This document shows, one piece after another, positions 35,412-43,492 of a stretch of DNA of 64,000 nucleotides. How positions within the stretch are numbered: the first letter of the stretch is position 1; every line of letters begins with the position of its first letter. This stretch comes from a virus (taxonomy: Duplodnaviria > Caudoviricetes): the IMG/VR virus record IMGVR_UViG_3300032328_000581, positions 1 through 64,000 of that record, one strand, 5' to 3'. The notes under the pieces were generated by a model that was not told the origin of the DNA, did not search any database, and worked only from the letters and a program-made list of their open reading frames with translations. Made by a program: the position numbers and the translations under genes.

Positions 35412-37031
35412 TTAGCTGTTAACTTGCAAAAAAGCTCGAAGTGTGCCTACTGAGAGGTTAACTCCGCCCCGATCATTTATGCCTTGCCCATCTAACACTG
35501 CGTCAGATACGGCTGTTTTCTGTATAAGCATCTCTCTTTGACGCTGTTCTAAAGAGTTTTCCATTAAAATGTCTTGGATTACAATTTTTTCCCAGGTGCT
35601 AGATGCTCTCTTAATTCTACCATTTCTTTGTACCGCTAACCCGGCATTCCACGGCAAATCGTAATTAATTAACAGGTTAGCTTGAGGTAGGTCTACGCCA
35701 TAGCCTCCAGCATCAGAAGATATAAATAGACGACAATTAGGATCTGTTTGAAACCTTTCTTTTGCCTCTTCTTTCTGTTTAGCGTTTAATTGGCCCGTAT
35801 AGGTCACAGAATCATAGGGCAAGTATTCCTGTATAAGTTTAGTCATTCCCACAAAACTTGAAAAGATTACTACTTTGTTTCCATCATATTGAGACAGAAA
35901 ATCGTCTACATATTGTTTTAATACAACTAATTTTGGGCTTGATTTTAATCCGTCTAACAACCCTAAAGTTTTTAATTCAGATGCATATCCGGAGCCTCCG
36001 TGAAATCCAGGAATATTTATAGTGTTTCCATCAACTACTACGGCTCCGTCTTCAAACTTATTAGCACTTAATGCTAACAGCTGGGGGTCATCACAGAGAA
36101 GGCGTAGGCACGTCATTTTTGACATAATTAGGCCCCTAAGCTCATCCATCTGCCCACCTTGATCGCTTTGTTGCCCATAGTGAGAAAAGATATTAAATGA
36201 GGTTCCAAAAGTGTCTAGAGCTTCCTCTAAATTAAGAAGAAGATCTCGAACTATGTGTGTGTACAGTTTTCTTCCGGCCCTATCAAAGGGAACATATATA
36301 GGCTCGGAGTGTATTGTTTCTGGCAAGAAAGGGGCCACATCTGGATCAGACTGTTTCTTTCTTACGCAGGCGTTTAACAAAGTCTTATTTAATAGTGGTA
36401 GATTTCTGTAACGTTCTACCCCGCCAAATTTATTCCTAATAATAAAGGTTGAATCAAAAAGATCAAATCTGCCCAGAACTTTAGGGTCAACAAACTGCAT
36501 AATTGAGTAAAGCTCTTCTGGTTTTCCGTTTTCTACCGGTGTACCAGTAAGAGCAAATTTAACTGGGCTTTGAAGTTTCTTTACGTACTTAGATCGTTTA
36601 GATCTGAAGCTTTTGACTGCAGTTGCTTCGTCGCAGACAATGAATCCCGTAGCGAGCTGTCGTACAGACTCCCAGTCGTTAACAACTTGCTCGTAGTTAA
36701 TAATGACGTAATCCACGAGTGAATGCCCCCAGTCAAGGGCTTGCTGGTATTGCTCAGCTCGCTGTTTCGGCGTTCCGTCAATGACCAAAGGTGTTGCAGA
36801 TCCATCTGTAAACTTTCTAATTTGATCAGCCCACTGATATTTAAGGCTGGAAAGACAGACTATAACACCGGGCTCCCGGATTGAACCGCTATCCTTAAGC
36901 GATTCGATAGCCGCGATGGTTAGTACTGTCTTCCCAAGCCCCAAATCATATGCAACGAGCATTTGTTTACGCTCGACCATTGCTTCTACGGCCTCTACTT
37001 GATACGGTAAAAGGGTTCCAGTAAAGGTCAC
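35412..37031 (-). CDS. SNF2-family helicase
   Basis: DLGLGKT, CDEA, LTGTP, GVDL and QRNGRIKR. Confidence 0.92.
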   Translation of the reverse strand: MTFTGTLLPYQVEAVEAMVERKQMLVAYDLGLGKTVLTIAAIESLKDSGSIREPGVIVCLSSLKYQWADQIRKFTDGSATPLVIDGTPKQRAEQYQQALDWGHSLVDYVIINYEQVVNDWESVRQLATGFIVCDEATAVKSFRSKRSKYVKKLQSPVKFALTGTPVENGKPEELYSIMQFVDPKVLGRFDLFDSTFIIRNKFGGVERYRNLPLLNKTLLNACVRKKQSDPDVAPFLPETIHSEPIYVPFDRAGRKLYTHIVRDLLLNLEEALDTFGTSFNIFSHYGQQSDQGGQMDELRGLIMSKMTCLRLLCDDPQLLALSANKFEDGAVVVDGNTINIPGFHGGSGYASELKTLGLLDGLKSSPKLVVLKQYVDDFLSQYDGNKVVIFSSFVGMTKLIQEYLPYDSVTYTGQLNAKQKEEAKERFQTDPNCRLFISSDAGGYGVDLPQANLLINYDLPWNAGLAVQRNGRIKRASSTWEKIVIQDILMENSLEQRQREMLIQKTAVSDAVLDGQGINDRGGVNLSVGTLRAFLQVNS

Positions 37032-37267
37032 AATGGGATCTCGTTTACTCTGTCTTTAGACCAATGTATGTAAGATCTTATATAGACAAGAGCATACGCT
37101 AACGCTGAAAATATAAACCCGTACTGGTCGGTAGTTAATGCGTAAACAATCCATAAAACTTCGTTAAAAAGAAGGACTAACCAACCCCATATAGTTTTAC
37201 GGCCTACAAAATAAATTCCACCAACACCAATAACTGCAAGGACCCAAGATCCATATTCCATAATCAT
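37028..37267 (-). CDS. Short PnuC-like membrane protein
   Basis: Three TM segments; IWGWLV...NEVLW...YGF...W pattern. Confidence 0.55.
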   Translation of the reverse strand: MIMEYGSWVLAVIGVGGIYFVGRKTIWGWLVLLFNEVLWIVYALTTDQYGFIFSALAYALVYIRSYIHWSKDRVNEIPL

Positions 37268-37803
37268 ACGCGTGCCCTCATTCTCGTGTTAATTAAAGCT
37301 TTTAAGTCATCTATTGTACCGTTATTAACAAATATTTGATCAACTTTTTCTCCGTCCATTGCGGACTCAGAATCGTGTGAGTTTACCGGGTCAACCCCTA
37401 AACGCTTTACGCGCCAAATTTGAGCGTTATCGTAATCGCGAATAGCTTTAGCTTCATTGGGGTACCGAACATCAGTAATAACGTAGTTAACTTCCCCAAA
37501 CAATTGAAGTCCGTTTAACGCCTGCCGTACCCAAAACATATCCCCAAAAGTTTTACGGGCACCAACACCTAGGTCTTGAAGAAGGCGTCTGGCTTCGGGA
37601 TAGTCAACCTTAACTCTGTCCCACCCGTACACGTCAACCAACCCCTTAACTCGATACCCCTCTTTAAGCATTGGGTTAGTGGCGTATAACAGGTCACGTA
37701 TGGGGTCAGCAAAAGCGACTCGTTGGTAACCGTAATTCTCTACAAGGATACTGGCTACCGTGTCTTTTCCTGACTGCGCATATCCGGTAAGTCCAATTAT
37801 CAT
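37264..37803 (-). CDS. Deoxynucleoside monophosphate kinase
   Basis: GLTGYAQSGKDT, FADPIR, RRLLQDLG, ITDVRYPNE and HDSE. Confidence 0.9.
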   Translation of the reverse strand: MIIGLTGYAQSGKDTVASILVENYGYQRVAFADPIRDLLYATNPMLKEGYRVKGLVDVYGWDRVKVDYPEARRLLQDLGVGARKTFGDMFWVRQALNGLQLFGEVNYVITDVRYPNEAKAIRDYDNAQIWRVKRLGVDPVNSHDSESAMDGEKVDQIFVNNGTIDDLKALINTRMRARV

Positions 37804-37922
37804 TTTGATCTCCTACATCCAGCACAAACTTTTTCAGGAATACTTGCTATTACTATAGTTTTACAATCTGTTGCCCAATTTCCGCATTCGCTGCAATATC
37901 CTTTAGCCCCTACTTTTGACAT
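37800..37922 (-). CDS. Small zinc-finger protein (40 aa)
   Basis: Read by hand; CSEC and CAGC; ATGA overlap. Confidence 0.5.
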   Translation of the reverse strand: MSKVGAKGYCSECGNWATDCKTIVIASIPEKVCAGCRRSK

Positions 37923-38916
37923 TTAGTGATCCCTTCAACATAACGCAGTGCGTTGCGTGTTCTATTCCAAATACTACCTCATCTGGAGTCATTTCTCCAA
38001 TATCCTTAGCTGTTGAGCTGCCGTAATTAAATGCCCAAAACTCTAGGCCGTTTTCCCGAGCAACAGATATAAAAGACTCTAACGCCGCTTTTCCCGCAGC
38101 GTCAACGTTTGGGTTATCAAAAGCAAGTATGAGCTTGTCTGCACGCTTCATAAGATCTATCTGAGCTGCGCTTACAGTAACCCCACATAAAGCTACGCCC
38201 TCTGTTGAATTTCGACAGACCCCAACCTTTACTGCGTCTAGTGGGGACTCAACAACAACCATAGTTGGGCCTGCCCATTCCCTTATGCCAAATAAAGTTT
38301 TAGACTTTTGTATTCCGGGAGGTCGATTAAAGAAATGCTTGTGTCCCTGGCCCTTTTCCTGCCACCCCATCAAACCACCAGTATCTGCGTTTCTTATGGG
38401 AATAATCCAGATAGATTTGTTGTTATCCCATTTAACTGAGTAAGTTTTGCAAGACTCCAGTGTTAAGCCCCTAGCAGATAATGCTGAGTCTATAGGATCA
38501 ATAAATACAGCTAATCTTGCCTCGCCCATAGCAACCGGCGGGCGTAGACGCACATAGTTATTTTTAGCGTCTTCCATTTGACGAACTAACTGAGTTAAAT
38601 CAACATCTACTTGAGTAGTAAGCCAACCCTTTGCTGCCTCAAAATCTAACAAACCAAAAGAAGTCTTAAATTGTTTTAACTCTGCAACTAGACTTAGAAG
38701 AGTTCCCCGATACCCGCAAGAAAAACAATGATGTACTCCAGTTTCTTGATTCATAGACCAAGAAGGGTTTATGTCTTCTCTTCCAGTACGCTCTTTATGC
38801 AGGGGGCAATGACTCTGGAGCTCGTTACGTACCTCTGAGCAGTCTATGCCCAGCTTTAAAAGAGCTTTATGAACCTCACCCTCGCGGTACACAGCAGCCA
38901 CAGCAATTCGTCTCAT
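37903..38916 (-). CDS. DNA primase (CHC2 zinc finger plus TOPRIM)
   Basis: CPLH...CFSC, VVESPLD, AFDN...AG and KDIG; true start may be GTG 38892. Confidence 0.88.
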   Translation of the reverse strand: MRRIAVAAVYREGEVHKALLKLGIDCSEVRNELQSHCPLHKERTGREDINPSWSMNQETGVHHCFSCGYRGTLLSLVAELKQFKTSFGLLDFEAAKGWLTTQVDVDLTQLVRQMEDAKNNYVRLRPPVAMGEARLAVFIDPIDSALSARGLTLESCKTYSVKWDNNKSIWIIPIRNADTGGLMGWQEKGQGHKHFFNRPPGIQKSKTLFGIREWAGPTMVVVESPLDAVKVGVCRNSTEGVALCGVTVSAAQIDLMKRADKLILAFDNPNVDAAGKAALESFISVARENGLEFWAFNYGSSTAKDIGEMTPDEVVFGIEHATHCVMLKGSLNVKSRG

Positions 38917-39151
38917 GATCTATCTTTACAACTATGTCGTTGTTAATTTCATCTGGATCTGGGTGTCCTACGCCGTGAGTGCATACGCGCTGCATGCAAA
39001 ATATCATAGGATTCCATATTTGAGGAAAAGAACGCATATGGTGATCAGAACGATTGTGAATAGTGCAGTATGGTCCTCGGCAAGCACCTTTAGAGTGAGC
39101 TCGCTTAAAAACCATTTCAGAGTGCTCTAATTTAATTACTTCAGGACTCAT
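38876..39151 (-). CDS. Cys/His-rich hypothetical protein
   Basis: CTIH, CTHGVGHPDPD and CCGCC. Confidence 0.7.
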   Translation of the reverse strand: MSPEVIKLEHSEMVFKRAHSKGACRGPYCTIHNRSDHHMRSFPQIWNPMIFCMQRVCTHGVGHPDPDEINNDIVVKIDHETNCCGCCVPRG

Positions 39152-39366
39152 ATATTTCCCCTATCTAATGGTGTAGGTGCTTTTGCGTACGTCCCGCAAA
39201 TTGCACATTCCATGTCTAAAAGATACTGCGATATTTCATAATCTTCAAAACTTGCGTGTATACGCCAGAGGTTGGACTCACAATGCGGACAGTCGTGGCA
39301 TACGACATTTTCATACTCCATGCTGCCGGTGTAATCCGGCTTTAATTGCCTAAAAGACTTACTCAT
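39148..39366 (-). CDS. Zinc-ribbon protein
   Basis: CPHC and CAICG. Confidence 0.7.
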   Translation of the reverse strand: MSKSFRQLKPDYTGSMEYENVVCHDCPHCESNLWRIHASFEDYEISQYLLDMECAICGTYAKAPTPLDRGNI

Positions 39367-39626
39367 CTACTAACCCTATGTCTAGCTCCACGCATTCTTA
39401 TTCTTTGGCGAGGAGTAGTCCCACCCCAGATTCCGTCTAACCAAGGAGTCTTTATTGCGTACTCCAAGCATTCATTAATGAGCGGACAAGCCGAGCAAAT
39501 ACTCTTAGCTTCTTTAAGAATTTCGGGGTCTGTGTATTCTTCTGGAAAGAAAAGGTTAGAATTTAAATCATTACATAGCTGAGTGCCATTAAATGGATAA
39601 TCAGAGTACTCGATATTAAGCTCCAT
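39363..39626 (-). CDS. whiB: WhiB-family transcription factor
   Basis: C...LFFP...AKSICSACPL..CLEYA...GIWGGTTPRQR; start reassigned to MELNIEY. Confidence 0.9.
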   Translation of the reverse strand: MELNIEYSDYPFNGTQLCNDLNSNLFFPEEYTDPEILKEAKSICSACPLINECLEYAIKTPWLDGIWGGTTPRQRIRMRGARHRVSR

Positions 39627-40836
39627 ATTCTTGAAACTTCCCCTCTTCCCAATCCCAAAGTAGTTCAACTTCCGCTGGACCACAGTTACGGCTAGCAACA
39701 ATGCGAAGTAAACGAGAAGTATCGTCTTCCTCATCTTGTCGCTGTAAAGCAAAGATCACGTCTGAGTCCTGGTGGAACGAAGACGAATACCCAATAGAGT
39801 CTGCAGTTACTTGACCCTTTTTCATTTTGTAACTTAATACCTGCGTGCTCTGTACAATAGGGATCTCATACTTTTGAGCAAGGCGTTTCATAGATTGAGT
39901 AATGTTTTTAAGAGCTAACGGGGTTCCGCGCTCTTGGCTAATTTCGTCAAACATCAAATACACACCGTCTACAAAAAGAATTTGTGGGCGAAGCTTTTCG
40001 AGCTTTATAGCTAACTGAGAAACAGTTGCTCCGGAGATAGACTCTGTTAAATAGAACTTATGCATACCTTCCATATCAGTAAGCATCTTTTGATAACGAG
40101 TTTCTTCAGAAGGATTAAGCGCTCCCCTAACCATACGTCCGTGTGAAATGTGCGCTCGCATAGCGTCATGGCGATGCTGTTGCTCTAAGTTACTCATCTC
40201 AAAAGACTGAAACATAGGTACAAACCCGTCGTTGTGGACGTTAACCGCCATCTGCATTGCAAGAACAGACTTACCTGTTTTAGGTGGGGCAATAATAGTT
40301 ACAAGTTGTCCGGGCTGTAATCCTGCTGTTGCCATATCCATTACCTGAAATCCAGTAGCAATACCGAGCAAACCATTAGGACGAGTTTTAATATCTAAGT
40401 ACTCTTGATAGCGATTCATCGCATCTTTGGTTAGGTCAATTTCTGTTGCGGATCCTGAACCCTCGTCTATAAGAGTTGCAAAACCCTGACCCATAATTTT
40501 AATGGCAGAGTTGTGATCTCCGACAGCAATTGCATCTGCAGCCTGCTGAACAACTTCAATAGATTTTTGGCGTTTTCTAAATTCTATTAGTTGATCTAAT
40601 AAATAATCTAAGGAGTCGTCTACAGCTAATAGTTTATAAGTGGGGAAGTTATCTAATACTGTAGTTGCTGTAGGTACTTCTTGATACTTAGTCCAGTGGT
40701 TTCTTAAAAAATCCCATATAAGTCTGCTGTCTTCATTAAAGAACCAGCTACTCTCAACACCGCGCTCTAAGAGGGAAGAGATGTCTCTAGTGCGAATAGC
40801 ACGCGATATTAATCTGACTTCATTATCTGCGGCCAT
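39616..40836 (-). CDS. dnaB: DnaB-like replicative helicase
   Basis: ATGF, APPKTGKS, FEMS, VDGVYL, QDSD and SRN. Confidence 0.9.
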   Translation of the reverse strand: MAADNEVRLISRAIRTRDISSLLERGVESSWFFNEDSRLIWDFLRNHWTKYQEVPTATTVLDNFPTYKLLAVDDSLDYLLDQLIEFRKRQKSIEVVQQAADAIAVGDHNSAIKIMGQGFATLIDEGSGSATEIDLTKDAMNRYQEYLDIKTRPNGLLGIATGFQVMDMATAGLQPGQLVTIIAPPKTGKSVLAMQMAVNVHNDGFVPMFQSFEMSNLEQQHRHDAMRAHISHGRMVRGALNPSEETRYQKMLTDMEGMHKFYLTESISGATVSQLAIKLEKLRPQILFVDGVYLMFDEISQERGTPLALKNITQSMKRLAQKYEIPIVQSTQVLSYKMKKGQVTADSIGYSSSFHQDSDVIFALQRQDEEDDTSRLLRIVASRNCGPAEVELLWDWEEGKFQEYGA

Positions 40837-41246
40837 TACATTCTCCCCATATCTAAATATTTTGCGCCGTATCTAAGACTTCTACTGGGTATGTCTACCA
40901 CATATTTAAGTTCAGGTCTATATGGGAGTTCGCCAACTAGATCCGCTACTACCGGATAACTATTTGTGTAGTTAAAGGGGTTAGTACCTAGATTGTCTAG
41001 ATCCTCCATAATTTCTTTCATTTCTTTTCTTGTATAGCCAAAGCCAACAAGTTCCATACTAAAATCATTTTTCTGTGCAAATCTCCAGAATAAAGATAGA
41101 GCTACTCTATTGTAGGTAACTTCTTCTGTATGTAGAGTTATTAAGCCGGCTAAAGTTTTCTTTACTGCGGGCCGCTTATTTAATATGCAATCAAGTGTTA
41201 CAACTACACGAAGAGGTACTTCGTTAGAGATGTCTCCTTTTTGCAT
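40836..41246 (-). CDS. Hypothetical protein (possible degenerate HAD fold)
   Basis: VVVTLDCIL...YVVD; 136 aa. Confidence 0.6.
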   Translation of the reverse strand: MQKGDISNEVPLRVVVTLDCILNKRPAVKKTLAGLITLHTEEVTYNRVALSLFWRFAQKNDFSMELVGFGYTRKEMKEIMEDLDNLGTNPFNYTNSYPVVADLVGELPYRPELKYVVDIPSRSLRYGAKYLDMGRM

Positions 41247-41250
41247 AACA

Positions 41251-41559
41251 TTACAGTACCAAAGGTTTTCCGTATTTCAAAATTAATTCTCTAAAAGCCT
41301 CTACTGAGGTTTCGGCTGCGTCAATCTCTTCTCTAGGAATTACCTTAGACGTAATCTCTATTGGGTACATACCTTCGCTAAGCCGAGATTTACACCAATT
41401 TACGTGGCGGCATACATTTCTTCCGGTAAACCCGTCACAAGAACAGCGAAGGCTGGAGTCAGTATAAATCTGTACTTCGCAGACCCCTGTAGTTGAAATA
41501 AAAAACTGTATGGTCTTCCAACCTGGAAGCTGTGACTTCTTAAAGTTATTCTTTTTCAT
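41251..41559 (-). CDS. SWIM zinc-finger protein
   Basis: CSC-x8-CRH. Confidence 0.75.
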   Translation of the reverse strand: MKKNNFKKSQLPGWKTIQFFISTTGVCEVQIYTDSSLRCSCDGFTGRNVCRHVNWCKSRLSEGMYPIEITSKVIPREEIDAAETSVEAFRELILKYGKPLVL

Positions 41560-42235
41560 TTCTTCTCCGATCTCCTTTTGGAGCATTTACAACTAAGGGT
41601 ATAAACGCTTCGTGTATAAAACTGGACATAGGCTCACCATACACAGTTTCCCAATCTTTTGTCGGAACGTTTGTTGTAATTATCGTTGGCAAGCCCGAAT
41701 TAAATCTAGAGCGCAGAAGGGCGTCAAAGGTATTCTCAGCCCATCCGGTAGCAGTCCGGTACTCCTTGCCTAGGTCGTCCAACACAAACAGCTGTAGGTT
41801 CTCTACAGGGCTTAGATCCCCAAAGATTGCATCTATCTCTCTTTGGTCTGATTCGTTCTCTTCATCCCACTGAGCCTTCTGAGTACGCAAAAGCTTTGGA
41901 TAGTCCATAAAAGCCCCCAGGCGAGGAGGTAGGGCTTCCGTTGGGCCGTATAAACGATCGGGAATGGCCCTAATAAGGCTTTGAAGGGCCACAGAAGCTA
42001 TCGTGGTCTTTCCGTGACCCGGTTTACCTACTAAAAGGATGCCAAGGCCGCAGATAGGGGATCCAGGGGTTCTAATGACCTTTCCAGATAGAACTGACTC
42101 CGTCCAAGCCATGACCTGGGTTTTGGTGTCAGAGTCGTCTAAGTCTGAGAATTCCATACCTAGGGTTTTTACTGGAACACCTGAACGGCTAAGGCGACTT
42201 CTAGTGCTTGGGCGTTCTTGGCTAAGGTCGTACAT
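41546..42235 (-). CDS. DnaC/IstB-like AAA+ helicase loader
   Basis: GKPGHGKT, LFVLDDLGKE and R...LPTIITTN. Confidence 0.88.
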   Translation of the reverse strand: MYDLSQERPSTRSRLSRSGVPVKTLGMEFSDLDDSDTKTQVMAWTESVLSGKVIRTPGSPICGLGILLVGKPGHGKTTIASVALQSLIRAIPDRLYGPTEALPPRLGAFMDYPKLLRTQKAQWDEENESDQREIDAIFGDLSPVENLQLFVLDDLGKEYRTATGWAENTFDALLRSRFNSGLPTIITTNVPTKDWETVYGEPMSSFIHEAFIPLVVNAPKGDRRRNEKE

Positions 42236-43188
42236 TAGTTACCTCCAAGTAGTTTTAACATTTTTTCTTGGTGTGCCAAGAAGTTGTCGTCAACATACTC
42301 GACCTCAGACTTTGTTGTCAACCCGTGAATTGTTGGGTAGTAAGCAATAAAGCGACGCCACATTGGAGTTCCTACTCCGGAGTTGTGTAAGTTTCTAGGG
42401 TCAGCAAAAAACATTCTGATCCCCTTTAAGATTGAAGATCTGTGTACGCCTTGACCAACAAGCTTATTCATCCAGCTAATTAAAGACTTGCCGTTGACTT
42501 GTCCTGGAATGCCGGGACAGTGTTCGCGGATCTTGTCATAGAACTCAGCAATCAAATCATCCGTAGTCCAGTTGTCTTCTAGACGCTCGTATCTGCGCAT
42601 AGATGCCGGAACGGCTTCAAAGGTTGTTGCTTTGTACTTCAAGTTAATCTTTGCCTGCTTATCTTGGATTTTTCCGATAGCCCCAGAATCTGAGTCTTCT
42701 ACAAAACCGCGCTGTTTCTTCTTAGGCTCTTCGCCTTCTTCCAGAATTGGCCAACCCATTTCAACCTCCTTGGTTATCGGGGCACCCGATTGATTAGAAT
42801 TACGTAGTAATTCTAATTCTTTATAGCTCTCTAATGACTTACTACTAGTAGTGACTGGTTCACCGACGTACGGAATTCCAGGCGTCGGTAAATTAGGCGT
42901 CGGTACTGGTTGGTAATTCCAGTTAAAAAGGTCTACGTACTTCTTTCCTAGTTCAGTAAACTTAAGTGAAGTAACCCATCGCCCATTAGACGTTTGTTCT
43001 TTTACGGCCTTTATATACCCTGAACGTTTTAGCTCAGTCATTGCCGACCTAATTGCGTCTCGGCCCTCATTCATATAATTGCCTTCTTGAATTTCACTAG
43101 AAGACATAACTCTTCCTACAGTGGCAAATAACATCCACGTAGCCCTGGCTAATCCCGACAGGTGTGGGTTTGTATTTGGTGCGTTCAT
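42235..43188 (-). CDS. Replication initiator-like protein with an N-terminal winged HTH
   Basis: LS..A...EGRDAIRSAMTELKRSGYI; Pro-rich linker; upstream of the DnaC-like loader; RBS GAGGAGG. Confidence 0.65.
   Translation of the reverse strand: MNAPNTNPHLSGLARATWMLFATVGRVMSSSEIQEGNYMNEGRDAIRSAMTELKRSGYIKAVKEQTSNGRWVTSLKFTELGKKYVDLFNWNYQPVPTPNLPTPGIPYVGEPVTTSSKSLESYKELELLRNSNQSGAPITKEVEMGWPILEEGEEPKKKQRGFVEDSDSGAIGKIQDKQAKINLKYKATTFEAVPASMRRYERLEDNWTTDDLIAEFYDKIREHCPGIPGQVNGKSLISWMNKLVGQGVHRSSILKGIRMFFADPRNLHNSGVGTPMWRRFIAYYPTIHGLTTKSEVEYVDDNFLAHQEKMLKLLGGN
42793..42905. repeat. Candidate replication origin: iteron-like repeats plus AT-rich palindromes
   Basis: AGGCGTCGGTA twice (42880, 42895), inverted ACCGACG (42862), ACTACTAGTAGT palindrome, ATTAGAATTAC-gta-GTAATTCTAAT. 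Confidence 0.45.
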
Positions 43189-43207
43189 CTGCCCTCCTCT
43201 TTTAATT

Positions 43208-43483
43208 TTAGATCTTTTCAACCTTTTGGGGTAGTCCCCTAAATTCTCGAAGCGATATTCCGGTGAAAGTTTGCTCTACGACTATGGACATTGTCAAACC
43301 CAAAAAAGTAGCCGCTAAAGAGTAGACCAGTAGAAATTGCAGGCTACACCCTAAAAGTATACAAAAAGGGACAGAAAGGGCTAAAGCTAATAAACCTCGC
43401 CATTTACCTATAGAAAATATCAAACTTTCTACGGCAGACAGAACACACGCAACAGCAAGCGAAACAATAAAAACTGTTGTCAT
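43208..43483 (-). CDS. Three-TM membrane protein
   Basis: Highly hydrophobic 91-aa ORF. Confidence 0.7.
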   Translation of the reverse strand: MTTVFIVSLAVACVLSAVESLIFSIGKWRGLLALALSVPFCILLGCSLQFLLVYSLAATFLGLTMSIVVEQTFTGISLREFRGLPQKVEKI

Positions 43484-43492
43484 TTAATGATC

